A stretch of 63,874 nt of DNA, filler included, from Octopus bimaculoides (lineage: Eukaryota): NCBI RefSeq assembly GCF_001194135.2. It is 5 parts of 5 records of this genome, joined end to end, with 100 filler letters (N's around TTAATTAATTAA, not from the genome) between each part and the next. Parts side by side here need not be neighbours in the genome. Positions count along the whole stretch, not along the records: positions 21,010 to 48,467 come from NC_068989.1; positions 48,568 to 62,769 come from NC_068985.1; 3 more parts are not named here. One strand, written 5' to 3'. A program made the translations under genes and the position numbers. Position 1 is the first letter of the stretch, and the number at the start of each line of letters is the position of its first letter. Shown here piece by piece: positions 36,499 through 48,905 of this stretch. The notes under the pieces were generated by a model, which saw only the letters and a program-made list of their open reading frames with translations, was not told the origin of the DNA and searched no databases.

Positions 36499-39400
36499 TA
36501 TGTATATATACAAAGGTGGGCACTNNNNNNNNNNNNNNNNNNNNNNNNNNNNNNNNNNTAATCATTAATCCACTAACCAAAAAGTTAACATCGTTAATTG
36601 TTAATCTGTTAATTCTTTGAAAATATAACGGAAGTTAATGTTAACTTTTATTGAAAAAAAGCATAACTACAGTTTTAATACCCCACGGACTTTGTTGCCT
36701 CTTAACTTCCAGAAAAATGGATACTTTTTAATAAGACTTTCACCAAGTAATCGCTTATATCCTGTAGACTGAGTATAAGTAAAGATTTGTTTAAAAAAAT
36801 TTTCCAAAAGGTTGGGGAGAGGAGTTTCGGAAAATTCACAGAACCCGACATTTTCCCTCTCATAACTTTCTGGAAAATAGGAATTTTTAATGAAAATTTA
36901 CACAAATATCCTTCAAGCGGTGTAGATTATGAATGCAGTGAAATTTGTAGGCAAAATTTCTGGAAGGCGGGGTAGTTTCTAGAAAACAGATTTTCAGATC
37001 AGATGGCCCACACAAGTTGGAATTTCTCTGTTTTGACAGGAATTTTTTCCAATGTTTTTCACCAAAGTCTTCAGAATGGTAGGAGGCATCTTTTCATGAA
37101 AAAAAGAAAAAAATTTTGAAAATTTTTTCATTCCTGCCACCCCTCACCACCCCAGTCCAAAACAATTTTGGCCATTTTCTTTTTCATTATGAGAGAAACA
37201 CCGTGAGAGAAACATTTTCGATTTCAAAAAATTTGTTAATAAATTCAGAAGAAAATGTGTGATTTAAGGGAGATCTGGTTGTTGTTTCTAGCACGTCCTA
37301 AAACCTCCCTCCTCATTTCTTTCTCACTCACACATCTTTTGGTATTTTTCAATATTTTTCTCCCCATAAACAAATTTTGTGGAATGATGATGTCAAAGTA
37401 ACACATATATAGTCCCAACCAAGTGAGGCCATGTTATGTGTATGTGCAAAGAAAAAACACCTTAAAACATCTTTAGTGTTCATATTAATCTGTGAAATGT
37501 AACGCCTATTTGTTCATGCTATTTTGAATTATTCAGGTTCAAGAAGGGTATCCACAATATTTGCTTGTAACTTTGTAAATTTTTTACATACAGATTTGAA
37601 ATTTTGTCAGTGAGTGCTTTATATACCACTGGTTTATAGCTATGTAATTTTAGCTGATCTTGCTGAATAAATTTGACTTTTATGGGCAGGTAAATTTCAT
37701 TAAGGTGTAAAAGAAATTACATTATAAATAAATACTAAAATTGAAATTCTTAATGCATCTTACCTGTTTAATTTGCTACTAAAATTATCCCAGATAGCAA
37801 CCAAAAAATTTTGCCACTTTTCAAGATGAGGTACATTAATTTGAATTAATTAAAATACAAGTATAATCAGTACAAGATTTTATTCTTTTGGTAAATATTT
37901 CGTACCTTGGTGTGGAATAATTTTTCCTCAGTTTTTTCAGGTGCATTCAGCATATCTGNNNNNNNNNNNNNNNNNNNNNNNNNNNNNNNNNNNNNNNNNN
38001 NNNNNNNNNNNNNNNNNNNNNNNNNNNNNNNNNNNNNNNNNNNNNNNNNNNNNNNNNNNNNNNNNNNNNNNNNNNNNNNNNNNNNNNNNNNNNNNNNNNN
38101 NNNNNNNNNNNNNNNNNNNNNNNNNNNNNNNNNNNNNNNNNNNNNNNNNNNNNNNNNNNNNNNNNNNNNNNNNNNNNNNNNNNNNNNNNNNNNNNNNNNN
38201 NNNNNNNNNNNNNNNNNNNNNNNNNNNNNNNNNNNNNNNNNNNNNNNNNNNNNNNNNNNNNNNNNNNNNNNNNNNNNNNNNNNNNNNNNNNNNNNNNNNN
38301 NNNNNNNNNNNNNNNNNNNNNNNNNNNNNNNNNNNNNNNNNNNNNNNNNNNNNNNNNNNNNNNNNNNNNNNNNNNNNNNNNNNNNNNNNNNNNNNNNNNN
38401 NNNNNNNNNNNNNNNNNNNNNNNNNNNNNNNNNNNNNNNNNNNNNNNNNNNNNNNNNNNNNNNNNNNNNNNNNNNNNNNNNNNNNNNNNNNNNNNNNNNN
38501 NNNNNNNNNNNNNNNNNNNNNNNNNNNNNNNNNAAAAAGTACCAAAACTATAAAATCATCTTTTTTAGCCTTTTTGAGGGCTTTAGAACTCCAAAACTAT
38601 GGTTTCTTTCTTTGTTTTTGTTTTTTGCTTTAGAGTTAAAAAATGCTTATTTTATAACTTTAAATTTTAAAGGGTCTAAAATAGGCTGATTTCATAGTTT
38701 TTGCCCTTTTTTTAGATTTTTGAAGGCTTTTAGAGCCAGAGAAGGGTAAAAAAAAAACTCAAATGAAACACAATATTAGTATTAAACTATAAAACGTTTA
38801 TTGATAAAGTGGCCGTAAAAAAATAATAATTAAAAAATCTCTTCATGACACAGCGAGGTCACAGATGAAGTGGAAACACATCAATCACTGTTCCCTCTTG
38901 ACAGGAGAAAGAAATTTCCCGATGTCTTTGCAAGCAACAAACAGGTGGATTTGGTTTCAGATCCAGGCAGGACTAAATGAGGTCCTACAAGTTATAATAA
39001 TAAGCGGCATTATATCAGGGTTGAAAAAATGACACGTACAATATTAATTATGCTAAGACAATCTGAAAACAACAGAAACTTTTAAACGTTTACCGGTTTT
39101 TATGAAATTTTCGGGTTAACGAACTTGAGTTAACAGACGCTAAATGTAACAAAAGTTAATTAGTCCGATAATGATTTTCAAAGTTGACTTAAAAGTTTAA
39201 TCATTAACAAAAATGTTAACTTCGTTAATTAATGATTAACAGATTAACAGACTTATGCCCAATATATGTATAAGCAAAATAGCTAGATGTAAGATTTCAA
39301 GAAGAGATCAGAGTAGTAACTATACTAACAACTAAAGTTAATCACCACATCAAAGTGGTTGCTACTAGTTTAATCCCAGGCAAATCTTCTGTCAGCTGAT

Positions 39401-39574
39401 AAAATCTCAAGAAGAGATCAGAGTAGTAACTACACTAACAAGTAAATTTAATCTCTTCTTGAGATTTTACAACTAGCTGTTTTGCTTGTTGCAAATCAGT
39501 GACTGATGATCGCTTTGTTTACAATATATTGCTGGCTGGAGCAGACCCTGGCTATTGCTCTGGTGACCAGGTAC

Positions 39575-39623
39575 TCATGACTGAAGATGAGTCAACCATC
39601 CTGAAACTGAGTCAGTCTTGCAA
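39575..39623 (+). ncRNA. Decayed type I hammerhead ribozyme, unit 1
   Basis: TCATGA | CTGAAGA | T GAGTC-AACC-ATCCT | GAAA | CTG-AGT-CAG T | C | TTGCAA. Core and stem III intact; stems I and II eroded. Confidence 0.62.
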
Positions 39624-39936
39624 TCCTATAGTCTGCTAGAGGATGGGAGGAGTTTGCTCCCCCTGCTAGCAATATATATCGTATATATTAAGTGCAGTGC
39701 CACACTGATAGCTAACTGGTGGAGGATCTGCCTGGGGTTAAACTAGTAATAACATGGAACAGCCAGTCTGATGTGGCAATTAACTTTACTTGTTAGTATA
39801 GTTACTACTCTGATTTCTTCCTGAAATTTTACAACTTGCTATTTTGCTTATTGCAAATCAGTGACCGATGGTCATTTTGATTACAACATATTGCTGCCTT
39901 GAGCAGACCCTAGCTATCACTTTGGTGACCAGGTAC

Positions 39937-39985
39937 TTGCAACTGCAGATGAGCTAACCAGCTAAAAACTGAGTCAGTCTCATGA
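39937..39985 (+). ncRNA. Decayed type I hammerhead ribozyme, unit 2
   Basis: TTGCAA | CTGCAGA | T G AGCT-AACC-AGCT A | AAAA | CTG-AGT-CAG T | C | TCATGA. Stem II 4 bp and stem III intact; A6 and G12 mutated. Confidence 0.55.
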
Positions 39986-40164
39986 TCCTGTTGTCTGCTT
40001 GAAGATGGTAGGGGTTTGCTCCCCCCTGCTAGCAATATATATTGTATATACAGGGTGCAGCGCCACGCTGATAACTAACTGGCGGAAGATCTGCCTGGGG
40101 TTAAACAAATAATAACATGAAACAGTCACTTTGATGTGGCGATTAACTTTACTTATTATACACA

Positions 40165-40325
40165 CACACAAACGATAGGTTACTCTGAGTTGATGTCTAC
40201 CAAATCCACTCACAAGGCTTTGATCAGCCCTGAGCTGTAGCAGAAGATACTTGTCCAAGGTACCAAGCAGTGGGACTGAACCCAAAACCATGTGGTTGGG
40301 AATCAAACTTCTTATTACACACCTT
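40165..40325 (-). mobile_element. SINE family B, CpG-depleted copy
   Basis: Aligns with other family B copies. Confidence 0.75.
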
Positions 40326-41139
40326 ATGTACCTTGACCTGCACAAATGCATCATGTTCACAACATTTGAACATATATCGAATGAAACAAATGTTGGTACA
40401 TTGTATCTGTACAGTGTTCCAAATATTGTTTCCCGAAACATCAAAATGAAGGAAACTCAGCAAGAAAAGCACTTAGGACTAGCATGGGGAAAGGAAAAGA
40501 AAGCAAAGAGAAGAACAAAATTCAAATGAAGCAGCAGCAGCTGCAAGAACTGCAATTATTCAATACAGGAAATGGTCTTTGCAGCAAGAAATTAATAAAA
40601 ATGTAAGACCAGGTGAAGAACCAAGTATTCAGAAAATATATTAAAGACTTAATGCATTACAAGAAGTGCTGCAAAACTGGACAACAGAAAGAGAATGGAT
40701 TATAGAAGAGAAAAAAAAAGGGGGAGAAAAACAGATAAAGAAATATTTTCAGAAAAACAATTATCACCAAAAAAAATAAAAGTGACAAAATAAAAACTGC
40801 AGCAACTAAAAGAAAAGAGAGGAATAGTAAGAGAGATATTTGCATAAAGGAGAGATACTGAAACTAATTAAACTACTCTAATACACTGACAAAATATGAG
40901 ACAGCTAAGAAAAAGAGCCATATCTCTTACAATGAGCAACTCAACAAATAACAAAACTAAAATTTGACTTCATAATTACAGCATAATAAATGATATTGCT
41001 AGTTGTGCACATCACTGAAATATTTATCACAAGAACAATTTCAATGTAGAGGAACAAAAGATACAAGTATCTGCATTCATGTCTTCCTAAACGACAAAAG
41101 AGGAGAAAGAAAATAGAAAAGAGACTGAGACACAGAGGT

Positions 41140-43710
41140 TTGTTGCCCGTAGTTAATCATAATACATTTCCTAAAAGTGATCTTCAGCAACATGGTTGTG
41201 TGTGGAGAAATGGAAATTATGTGCCAATTTTATGATTCATTAAACTTTTTATTAGAAAACATCTCACTGATATGAAGCTTAACAACTGTTGCCTGAGGAT
41301 AACATTTTGTTTTAAAATTGGTGGGATTTCTCTGAATGTCCCCAGGAGTTAATAAGCAAGTAAAAATATATACATCATCAAAACTTCAAAGACAACATTA
41401 GATTATTTATTTCATCTCTCTCATTTGCATCTATGAGTGCACAGATTACTGACCCAACTAGTCATGGCCCCTATTGTTTCACAGGGCATGATCAAATTAA
41501 TCCTCTAACACCCAAATGATAATGAGCACCAAAAGTTTGCATAACCCTATGCAGTTGGGCTCAAAAATCAATAATAGATACAATCATTGTTGTTTGAATC
41601 AAATTTCTCAAAATCTTGACGATTTCATAGGATAAAATAATGTATAAGAAAAGCATATGAAACATTACAGGAAGTGAAGTAGAAGGAAGAAGAGAAAGCT
41701 ATGGAAAAAATAAGCATTTACCTATCATGGATATAGTATTTAGGAGAGATATGAATTCAGAAAGAAGGTCATACAACTTATCAACAGTTGAAGAGATAAC
41801 CATCATATTTATGAATAAATATGGAGTACCATCATTTGAAAGATTTTTGTTTCCCCATGATGATAATAGTTTTGATATTAATTCAAATATATTTAGACCA
41901 AACTTAGGCCCAATGACATATACCTTATTATGCCTGTTTGGAGAACCTGGATGGTAGCCAAATATACAGAAAACAAAGGAAATGAACGCATTCAATATTT
42001 CAAAATTACCATGTAATATAAGGCAGCATAGACAGCAATCAGACATTTCAATTCAATTTTGCATGATGAAAAGCTTTCCAAGCAGTTGGCTGTGGATTCT
42101 TACTTAAAGTTGTAGCAAATAACTTGAACTATATACATTCACAACAATCAAAGCTTGAAGCCATTTAGCCAATCTAGCCAACAATGCTGCTGTACAGTTT
42201 GAATGGTAATACTACCTTCAACTTTCCAAATGTAAGAGAATGGTCCATGATGATAGTAGGAAAATATAGAAAACCGGATTTATTCATTAGTTTGGCTTCT
42301 AATCCAAAAACGAACTGAAATGTAGTGTAAGTTCCTTCTTGAACAACAGACACCTGATAGGTTAGATTTGATAGTGAATAACTTGAAAATGGCAAATAGA
42401 TTATTTTAATCAAACAAAAGCTAAGTTTGCCCAGATGTTTTATCCATATTTTCTTATTCATTGTGTGCCATTTCTTTTATGTTTGTGTGGAATTTACTAA
42501 AGAGAGGACTTTATGTAATGAAATTATATTAAACTTTGGTGCATCATCAGTCATGTTTTCTACTCACTGTTAATAGAATGTCAACCATACTTTGATACTG
42601 ACTAAGACTTTTTAAAAATATTTTTTAAATATGAGAATTGTGTTTAATTTAGAATATTTTATTTTTAAGAAAAATTACAACCTTGCTAAATATTCAGTGC
42701 ACTCCCACCCAATAGCACTCCCTTAACGTTACTGCTTATGAGCTCATTATACCTTCATTGACATTACTACCCAGGTTAAGAACCACTGATCTAGATCCTC
42801 AACAGTTAGTGTACTTTAACAAGGGTAATGCACAAGATGCCATAGACAGAACCCAAGCATGACAAACCCTGGTCAGAGCATGGTTTAAATTGAATGAACA
42901 TACCAGACAACTTCTTTATACTGAAATACCTGCCATTATGTTTTCAACAAAGGGACATGTTATAAGAAAATTGAAAAAACAGGTACGAACAAAATATTAA
43001 GAATTTATTCTGTTAGCCCAAACAACAAGTGAGACACAGTCATCTAATCTGTCTATGAGGATAGTAACTCTGTATAAATATTGACTCAGTGTGATGACAC
43101 ATCAAAACCCATGCCCTTATGGAAAGTGGATGTAAAATAATAATGATGATCATGATGATGATGCAGCAGCAGCAGTAGCAACACTGCTAATGCCACTAAC
43201 ACTGCCACTACCACCAACGCTGCTGACCCTGCTTATGCTGTCAGTGCCAATGACAATGATGATTAATTCCAGACCCAAAACTGTTTTTGAGAAAATAGTT
43301 CATAGAATTGATAACAAAACAATTTTTTTCTTTTAGAAGGAACAAGTGGATCTGGATAAAAATTTATCTTTACAACACACTGATGAGCTTCATATGTAGA
43401 AAGGGTCAGACAGTTCTTACATTTGCAACTAGTGGAACATCTGTTGATTTGGCTAAAGGAGGAGGAACTGTGTACATTGGCTTTAAATTTTTGGTTCCAG
43501 TACTAGGAATAGCAACTTCATCAATGAAAATACCATACCATGAGTTCGATTATATTCAGGATGCAGCTTTTGTTATCATGGATGAAGTTTATGTATTATC
43601 AAGTAAGGTGCTGTATTATCAAGTAAGCCATCTTCTAAAAGAAATTATGCAGAATGATCATCCTTTTGGTAGAGAGGTATTTCTACTTAACAGTGACTTT
43701 GACTAACATT
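41140..43710 (+). mobile_element. Helitron RepHel pseudogene with internal deletions (family 2)
   Basis: NIRLFISSLSFASM...GPYCF, PMTYTLLCLFGEPGW, VILPSTFQ, VGKYRKPDLFI..SNPK, AWFKLNE..RQLLYTEIP, LEGTSGSG (Walker A), IMDE, PFGREVFLLNSDF. Confidence 0.82.
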
Positions 43711-44574
43711 ATCCCAAGTGGCACTGATTTTTTGCCATTACATGACAGCACAGTGGATTACACATCTAGTATGTAATGGAAAAAAACAAAATCATACAGA
43801 AAATTTGCATAACTTCAGGTGTGTGCTCCACCAACTTTATTTCTTCATAACTTTCTGAGAAAGGCATATTTTTTAAATGAAATTTTCAACAAGTATATTT
43901 CAAATGGTGTAGATTACAATTGTATTAGAATTTGATGAAAAAAAAATGGTGGGAATGTGATAATTCATATACCTCATCAACACATAAGAAAGCAAAGTTA
44001 AGGTGTGTGAATTATCTGATTCCCACCCAAATTTTATTTTCACATTGAATTCCAATAAAATCATAATCTACACCATCTTAAATGTATTTGTAGAAAATTT
44101 TATTNNNNNNNNNNNNNNNNNNNNNNNNNNNNNNNNNNNNNNNNNNNNNNNNNNNNNNNNNNNNNNNNNNNNNNNNNNNNNNNNNNNNNNNNNNNNNNNN
44201 NNNNNNNNNNNNNNNNNNNNNNNNNNNNNNNNNNNNNNNNNNNNNNNNNNNNNNNNNNNNNNNNNNNNNNNNNNNNNNNNNNNNNNNNNNNNNNNNNNNN
44301 NNNNNNNNNNNNNNNNNNNNNNNNNNNNNNNNNNNNNNNNNNNNNNNNNNNNNNNNNNNNNNNNNNNNNNNNNNNNNNNNNNNNNNNNNNNNNNNNNNNN
44401 NNNNNNGACTTTTTTCCCCAACACTAACCCTAAAACCCTAACCCTAACCCTAAATTTAGAAATGTCGATTTTTGCCAATTTTTTTGCAGATTCGTATTCC
44501 CCGTAGCTGAAAAGTGGGGTTTGTGTGGAAAAAAAAATTTTTTTTAAAGGGTAGTTGGGGATGGGGGGGGGGAG

Positions 44575-44710
44575 TCTTGCCGAAATTTGCTTCCCAACCA
44601 CATAGTTTGGGTTCAGACCCACTGTGTGGTACCTTGGGTAAGTGTCTTCTACTATAGCTTCAGGCCAACCAAAGCCTTGTGAGTGAATTTGGTTGACAGA
44701 AACTGAAATT
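44575..44710 (+). mobile_element. SINE family B, 5'-truncated, CpG-depleted
   Basis: GCTTCCCAACCACAT..GGGTTCAG...CCTTGGGTAAGTGTCTTCTACTATAG. Confidence 0.75.
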
Positions 44711-45064
44711 ACTGGCCTTGTGTCAAAATTTGAAACCAATACACATATTTGTACATTTTAGTGTTAACATCCACATTTTAGTGTAAACAATTACAGATGT
44801 ACAGAGATAGAAAATTAATTTTTTTATTCCCTGTTCATCATATGAACTACAATAAAATGAACTTTGGAAATCTCAGCAATGAATTAATTGTCAGAGATAT
44901 ATAACAGATTTCATATTAGAGTCCTTATGTATAGTCTCCTATAATGGTTAATTTTTTTACAACAATATGCACTTCAATCAAATACTTTAGTTGAAAGAAA
45001 ATGAGACATGTTTATATTTGGTACAATTGAAGTAAGCAAATTGATTTCAAATTTTGATACAAGA

Positions 45065-45255
45065 CCAGCATTTTTGAGGGAGGGGCTAAGTAGATTACAT
45101 CAACACCAGTACTCAACTGATACTTATTTTATCGATCCTGAAAGGATGAAAGGCAAAGTCAACCTCAGCAGAATTTGAACTCAGAACCTGAAGATGGACA
45201 AAATGCCACTAAGTATTTTGCCTGGCAAGCTAACAATTCTACGAGATTGCTGCCT
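45065..45255 (-). mobile_element. SINE family A, CpG-depleted copy
   Basis: GAAAGGATGAAAGGCAAAGTCAACCTCAGCAGAATTTGAACTCAG, where other copies read GTCGACCTCGGCGGA. Confidence 0.8.
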
Positions 45256-45879
45256 TAAATTGATGTAAGTAAATTAAAACCGTTTTTCTTATTCAGTTTT
45301 CTATTTCTTCAATAACACCCAACAAATATGAAAGGATATTGGAATCGATTTGGCTGATATTGGATTAAACTTATAATTTGGAAAAAATGTTTTTACTGAG
45401 ATAGTAGTGTTGCAAATATTTAGGCAACCTTTATATTTTCTGAAGAAGTATAAACAAAGACATTAAAAAATGCTCTCTCACAGTGTAACATAACTATATC
45501 ACCATAGATAAAAATTAGTTTTGAGACTGAATCATATCATTGAAATCTTCAATAATAAATGTTGTTTGAAAGCCACACTTTGATAAAAAAATATATTAAA
45601 ATTCTTATCCCTGCTTTACATTCAATGCATGCTGGAGATCACCTTCTGATGAGCCAAGTAACACCATGTTGTCTACAATTATCAGCCAACTGATCCTTCC
45701 TCCATGGATTGTGATACTACTTCCATAAAAGCTGCACATTTCAATTCATTTCAAAGAAATTATGAAAAAGAAAGATGACAACACATGCTTCTGCTGAAGT
45801 CCAATGCCCACACTGAGGGGTTTTGACTTAGTGCCATTTACCTGAACACAAACATCTGGGAATTTGTACAGGGACTTCA

Positions 45880-46140
45880 GAGCAATCAGAAGTTGTCCAT
45901 TAATACCATGTATACAATATTATAGGAAAGAATTGTGAGACTGATTCCTCTAGCTGAGCCAACCAGCAGGAGACCTAGGAGTAGATGAAGAATGAGATGG
46001 TTGAATAATATCTAAAGTCTCAGTTGGTCATGCTTGAGAATACATCAGGAAAGCTAATGATTGTTGCTTCTGAAATGAACCTATGGGGAGGACACTATCC
46101 CAATAACCCACCCAAGAATAGTGACAGAGAAGAGGGATGG
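45880..46140 (+). mobile_element. RTE-like LINE 3' remnant
   Basis: RRPRSR*RMRWLNNI resembles the RTE C-terminal G.RPRGRPR.RW.D motif. Confidence 0.45.
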
Positions 46141-46390
46141 ATATATTAGAATTGGAACTTAAAAGAATTTTCAAGACTGTGTAGACTTTAATAAAGGCTT
46201 TCTTTTATTAAAAGCTTCATACTCAATATTAATTATACAAGCAACTTTTCTTTATCATAATATTGATATGAGAAGTAATACTATAGTATTTATGCATGCA
46301 TGCATCCCTCTATCCATCCATCCATCCATCCATCCATCCATCCATCCATCCATCCATCCATCCATCCATCCATCCATACATACATACATA

Positions 46391-47625
46391 TTTAAGGGGG
46401 CAGAGGCTTGACATGGATCCAATATGCCTTTGAATATCATATTATATCCCTTTGGCAACATCTTTTAACCACCAAGTGTCAAAGTGAATCCCTTGACCAA
46501 GTTTGCATACATGAGGTTGGTAACATAATAAAACTTAGAAGGCAGTTCCTTGGGCTGCATTCCTTGTCTGATAACCTTAAATACATGCCCAAAGAAGTCA
46601 CATGACTCCACCACAACATATCATCAGATGAAAGGATGAGCATATATGAGCAGATGACCATGCATGGATATGTTAGTAGAAAGCTCAGAGATGATAGTAA
46701 CATTGATCACCAAAACAGTCTATCATGGACCAACAACTGAATTACTAATTCCCACTTTGAACGGTATGCATTTGCAATCCAGGAACAGGAAATATCAACC
46801 AAATGATGCACAAAACAGAGATGCAGGGAAAGCAGTAAAATATTACAACTGATGTAGACTTTGTGGAATTAACACTGAGGATATCATCCACATCATAAGC
46901 AGTTGTCCAAAAATATCATCACGGTATTATCTACCAATGAGACATAATGTTGTAGCTAGGATCAAAAAGATAACCCTGAAGACAAAGAAATAAGAACCCA
47001 CAGTATGGTGAAAGCCATAGCCACTCATAATAAAAGGAAGTACTGATGGAATGTCCCAATGAAGACTTCAATAAAATGTAAACACAATAAACCTGATATA
47101 ATGATTTGGGATAAAGAAGAGAAACTGTGTACAGTTGTGGAAATCAGCTGCCCAGCGGATGTTAACATAAAGCTGAAGATCAGTGAAAAAGAGAATACCT
47201 ACCCTGAACTATTGAGAAATATGAAGTTACTCTATCCAGATAACAAGTTCAGGTTTATACCAGTAATTATTGGGGCGCTGGGATATGTAACACACTGCCT
47301 AAATACCAATCTTGAGAAATTAGACTTCTCGAAACCAAAAAGGAGAAAGTTGATTCAAAGACTACTGATCCAATCCATCATTGGAACTGTAAAAATCTGT
47401 AAAACTTACCAGAAGTTTATCATTTAAGTGTATATGAGCATGTCTAGATATGCAAGTATATGCATGAGAAAACATACATAAAGCGAAACATGCAAATCTG
47501 CATATATACATACATACAAAAATACCCTGTTGTTGATATTGAAAGTCCAATGAAGGAATCTTGGATCTAGGTTAGAAACTGGCTCTTTCTCTATTGGTAA
47601 TAAATCTTGAAATAAAACTAAATAA

Positions 47626-47626
<1 letters not shown>
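46391..47626 (+). mobile_element. R4/Dong LINE 3' 1.2 kb
   Basis: KGGRGL, MHGYV, AIQEQEI, CRLCG...IHIISSC (CCHC), KPDIMIWD...EISCP (PD..D/E nuclease), IPVIIGALG, C-terminal stop at 47427, 3' UTR ending in (CA)n. Confidence 0.88.
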
Positions 47627-47682
<56 letters not shown>

Positions 47683-47929
47683 TACTTTCATACATACATA
47701 TTGTCCAGGCTAAATTTGACTAATGTTTTATGTCTTCTTTTTTCAGGAACTTGATGTATTGGTGAATAGTCAATGGTGTTAGAGAGCATAAAGATTAAAG
47801 TTGTAGTTGGGAAAAAGTTAGCTGACATGGAGGGCTGGAAACCATCCAAATGTTGGAAAAGAGTTTACTGTATCATGATGATTCGCATTGTGTATCAAAA
47901 TGCTGTTATCATGACTGCTGCTCAATGCT

Positions 47930-48467
47930 TTGTGAACACTGTAAAGGCTACAATGGAGACTATGAAGCTAGGGCTCGCAGAAAAGGACACAGCATGCATT
48001 CTGACTGCATCCACACAACAACAGGGCCTTAGGCTCACTTCAGACAGCTGTGTGAAGCTGCTGGAGACTGGACAAACCTTGCTTGGAGAGGCTTACTGCT
48101 CGAAGGCCATATGTATGGCAACAGGATTCTGCTCCTTGCTATACCTCCAGAAAGAGTTAGAAGTAGTTTTTGGAGAATTTCCATGACTTTTCCAGCCCCA
48201 ATTTCTGGCCTCCTAATTCCTTTGAGTGTAACCCCTGGATCACCATGTTTGAAGTACGGTTGAGAAAGATACCGATTGTTTTGCCTGCAACAGCAAGGCT
48301 GAGCTGATGGCCAAGATTAATGAAGTGTTTGAGGATCTTCCCAGGGACACAGTGAAGAATGCATGTAGCAAGTTCTGAAGTGGAAGGTGAGGGAGCTACT
48401 TTGAGTAAACTGTTATCTCCCAACCATAATCTAGGTCATACTTTTTGATTTTTTAAAATACTTTTAT
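47930..48467 (+). mobile_element. Internally deleted maT/DD37D transposon
   Basis: GDYEARARRKGHS, YVWQQDSAPCYTS, FWPPNS..CNP, VEGEGSYFE*. Confidence 0.72.
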
Positions 48468-48567
48468 NNNNNNNNNNNNNNNNNNNNNNNNNNNNNNNNN
48501 NNNNNNNNNNNTTAATTAATTAANNNNNNNNNNNNNNNNNNNNNNNNNNNNNNNNNNNNNNNNNNNN
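48468..48567. other. Artificial scaffold linker
   Basis: 44 N + TTAATTAATTAA (48512-48523) + 44 N. Confidence 0.95.
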
Positions 48568-48624
<57 letters not shown>

Positions 48625-48699
48625 GCACACATGCGTCATAAGAATTTATAATCTTTCAACAAAGTGTGGAATAATTCGTTATTGGAACAGTGGATCTCG

Positions 48700-48905
48700 A
48701 AGCAGAGGATAAAGCTATAAATAATAGTCTGTGAATATTGAGTTGAGAAACCAATTTGGGTAGAAAAAAGATAAAGTCGAAGGCTACGCATAGGATACCG
48801 CTCTTCATTCCTCTCCCGGGGTCGATAAAATAAAGTACCGGGCAATTATCAGGTTTCATGTAACTGTCTATCCCACTTACCCTTAAAACCGTTGGCCTTC
48901 AAGCT
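48700..48905. mobile_element. SINE family A remnant
   Basis: Contains the CGGGGTCGATAAAATAAAGTACC block; rearranged and degraded. Confidence 0.55.

Larger units (their letters stand above)
39271..40157 (+). repeat. 362-bp tandem repeat (two units, 39453-40157) preceded by two inverted partial copies (39271-39452)
   Basis: Homologous positions 39581 and 39943 are 362 bp apart; the reverse complement of 39271-39400 matches the unit junction. Confidence 0.9.

Noticed and set aside
36515-39262. Large hAT-like non-autonomous element with GTTAAC-rich subtermini
   Set aside because: Subterminal repeats are visible at about 36560-36650 and 39110-39250, but I could not establish TIRs or a TSD because of a gap and decay.
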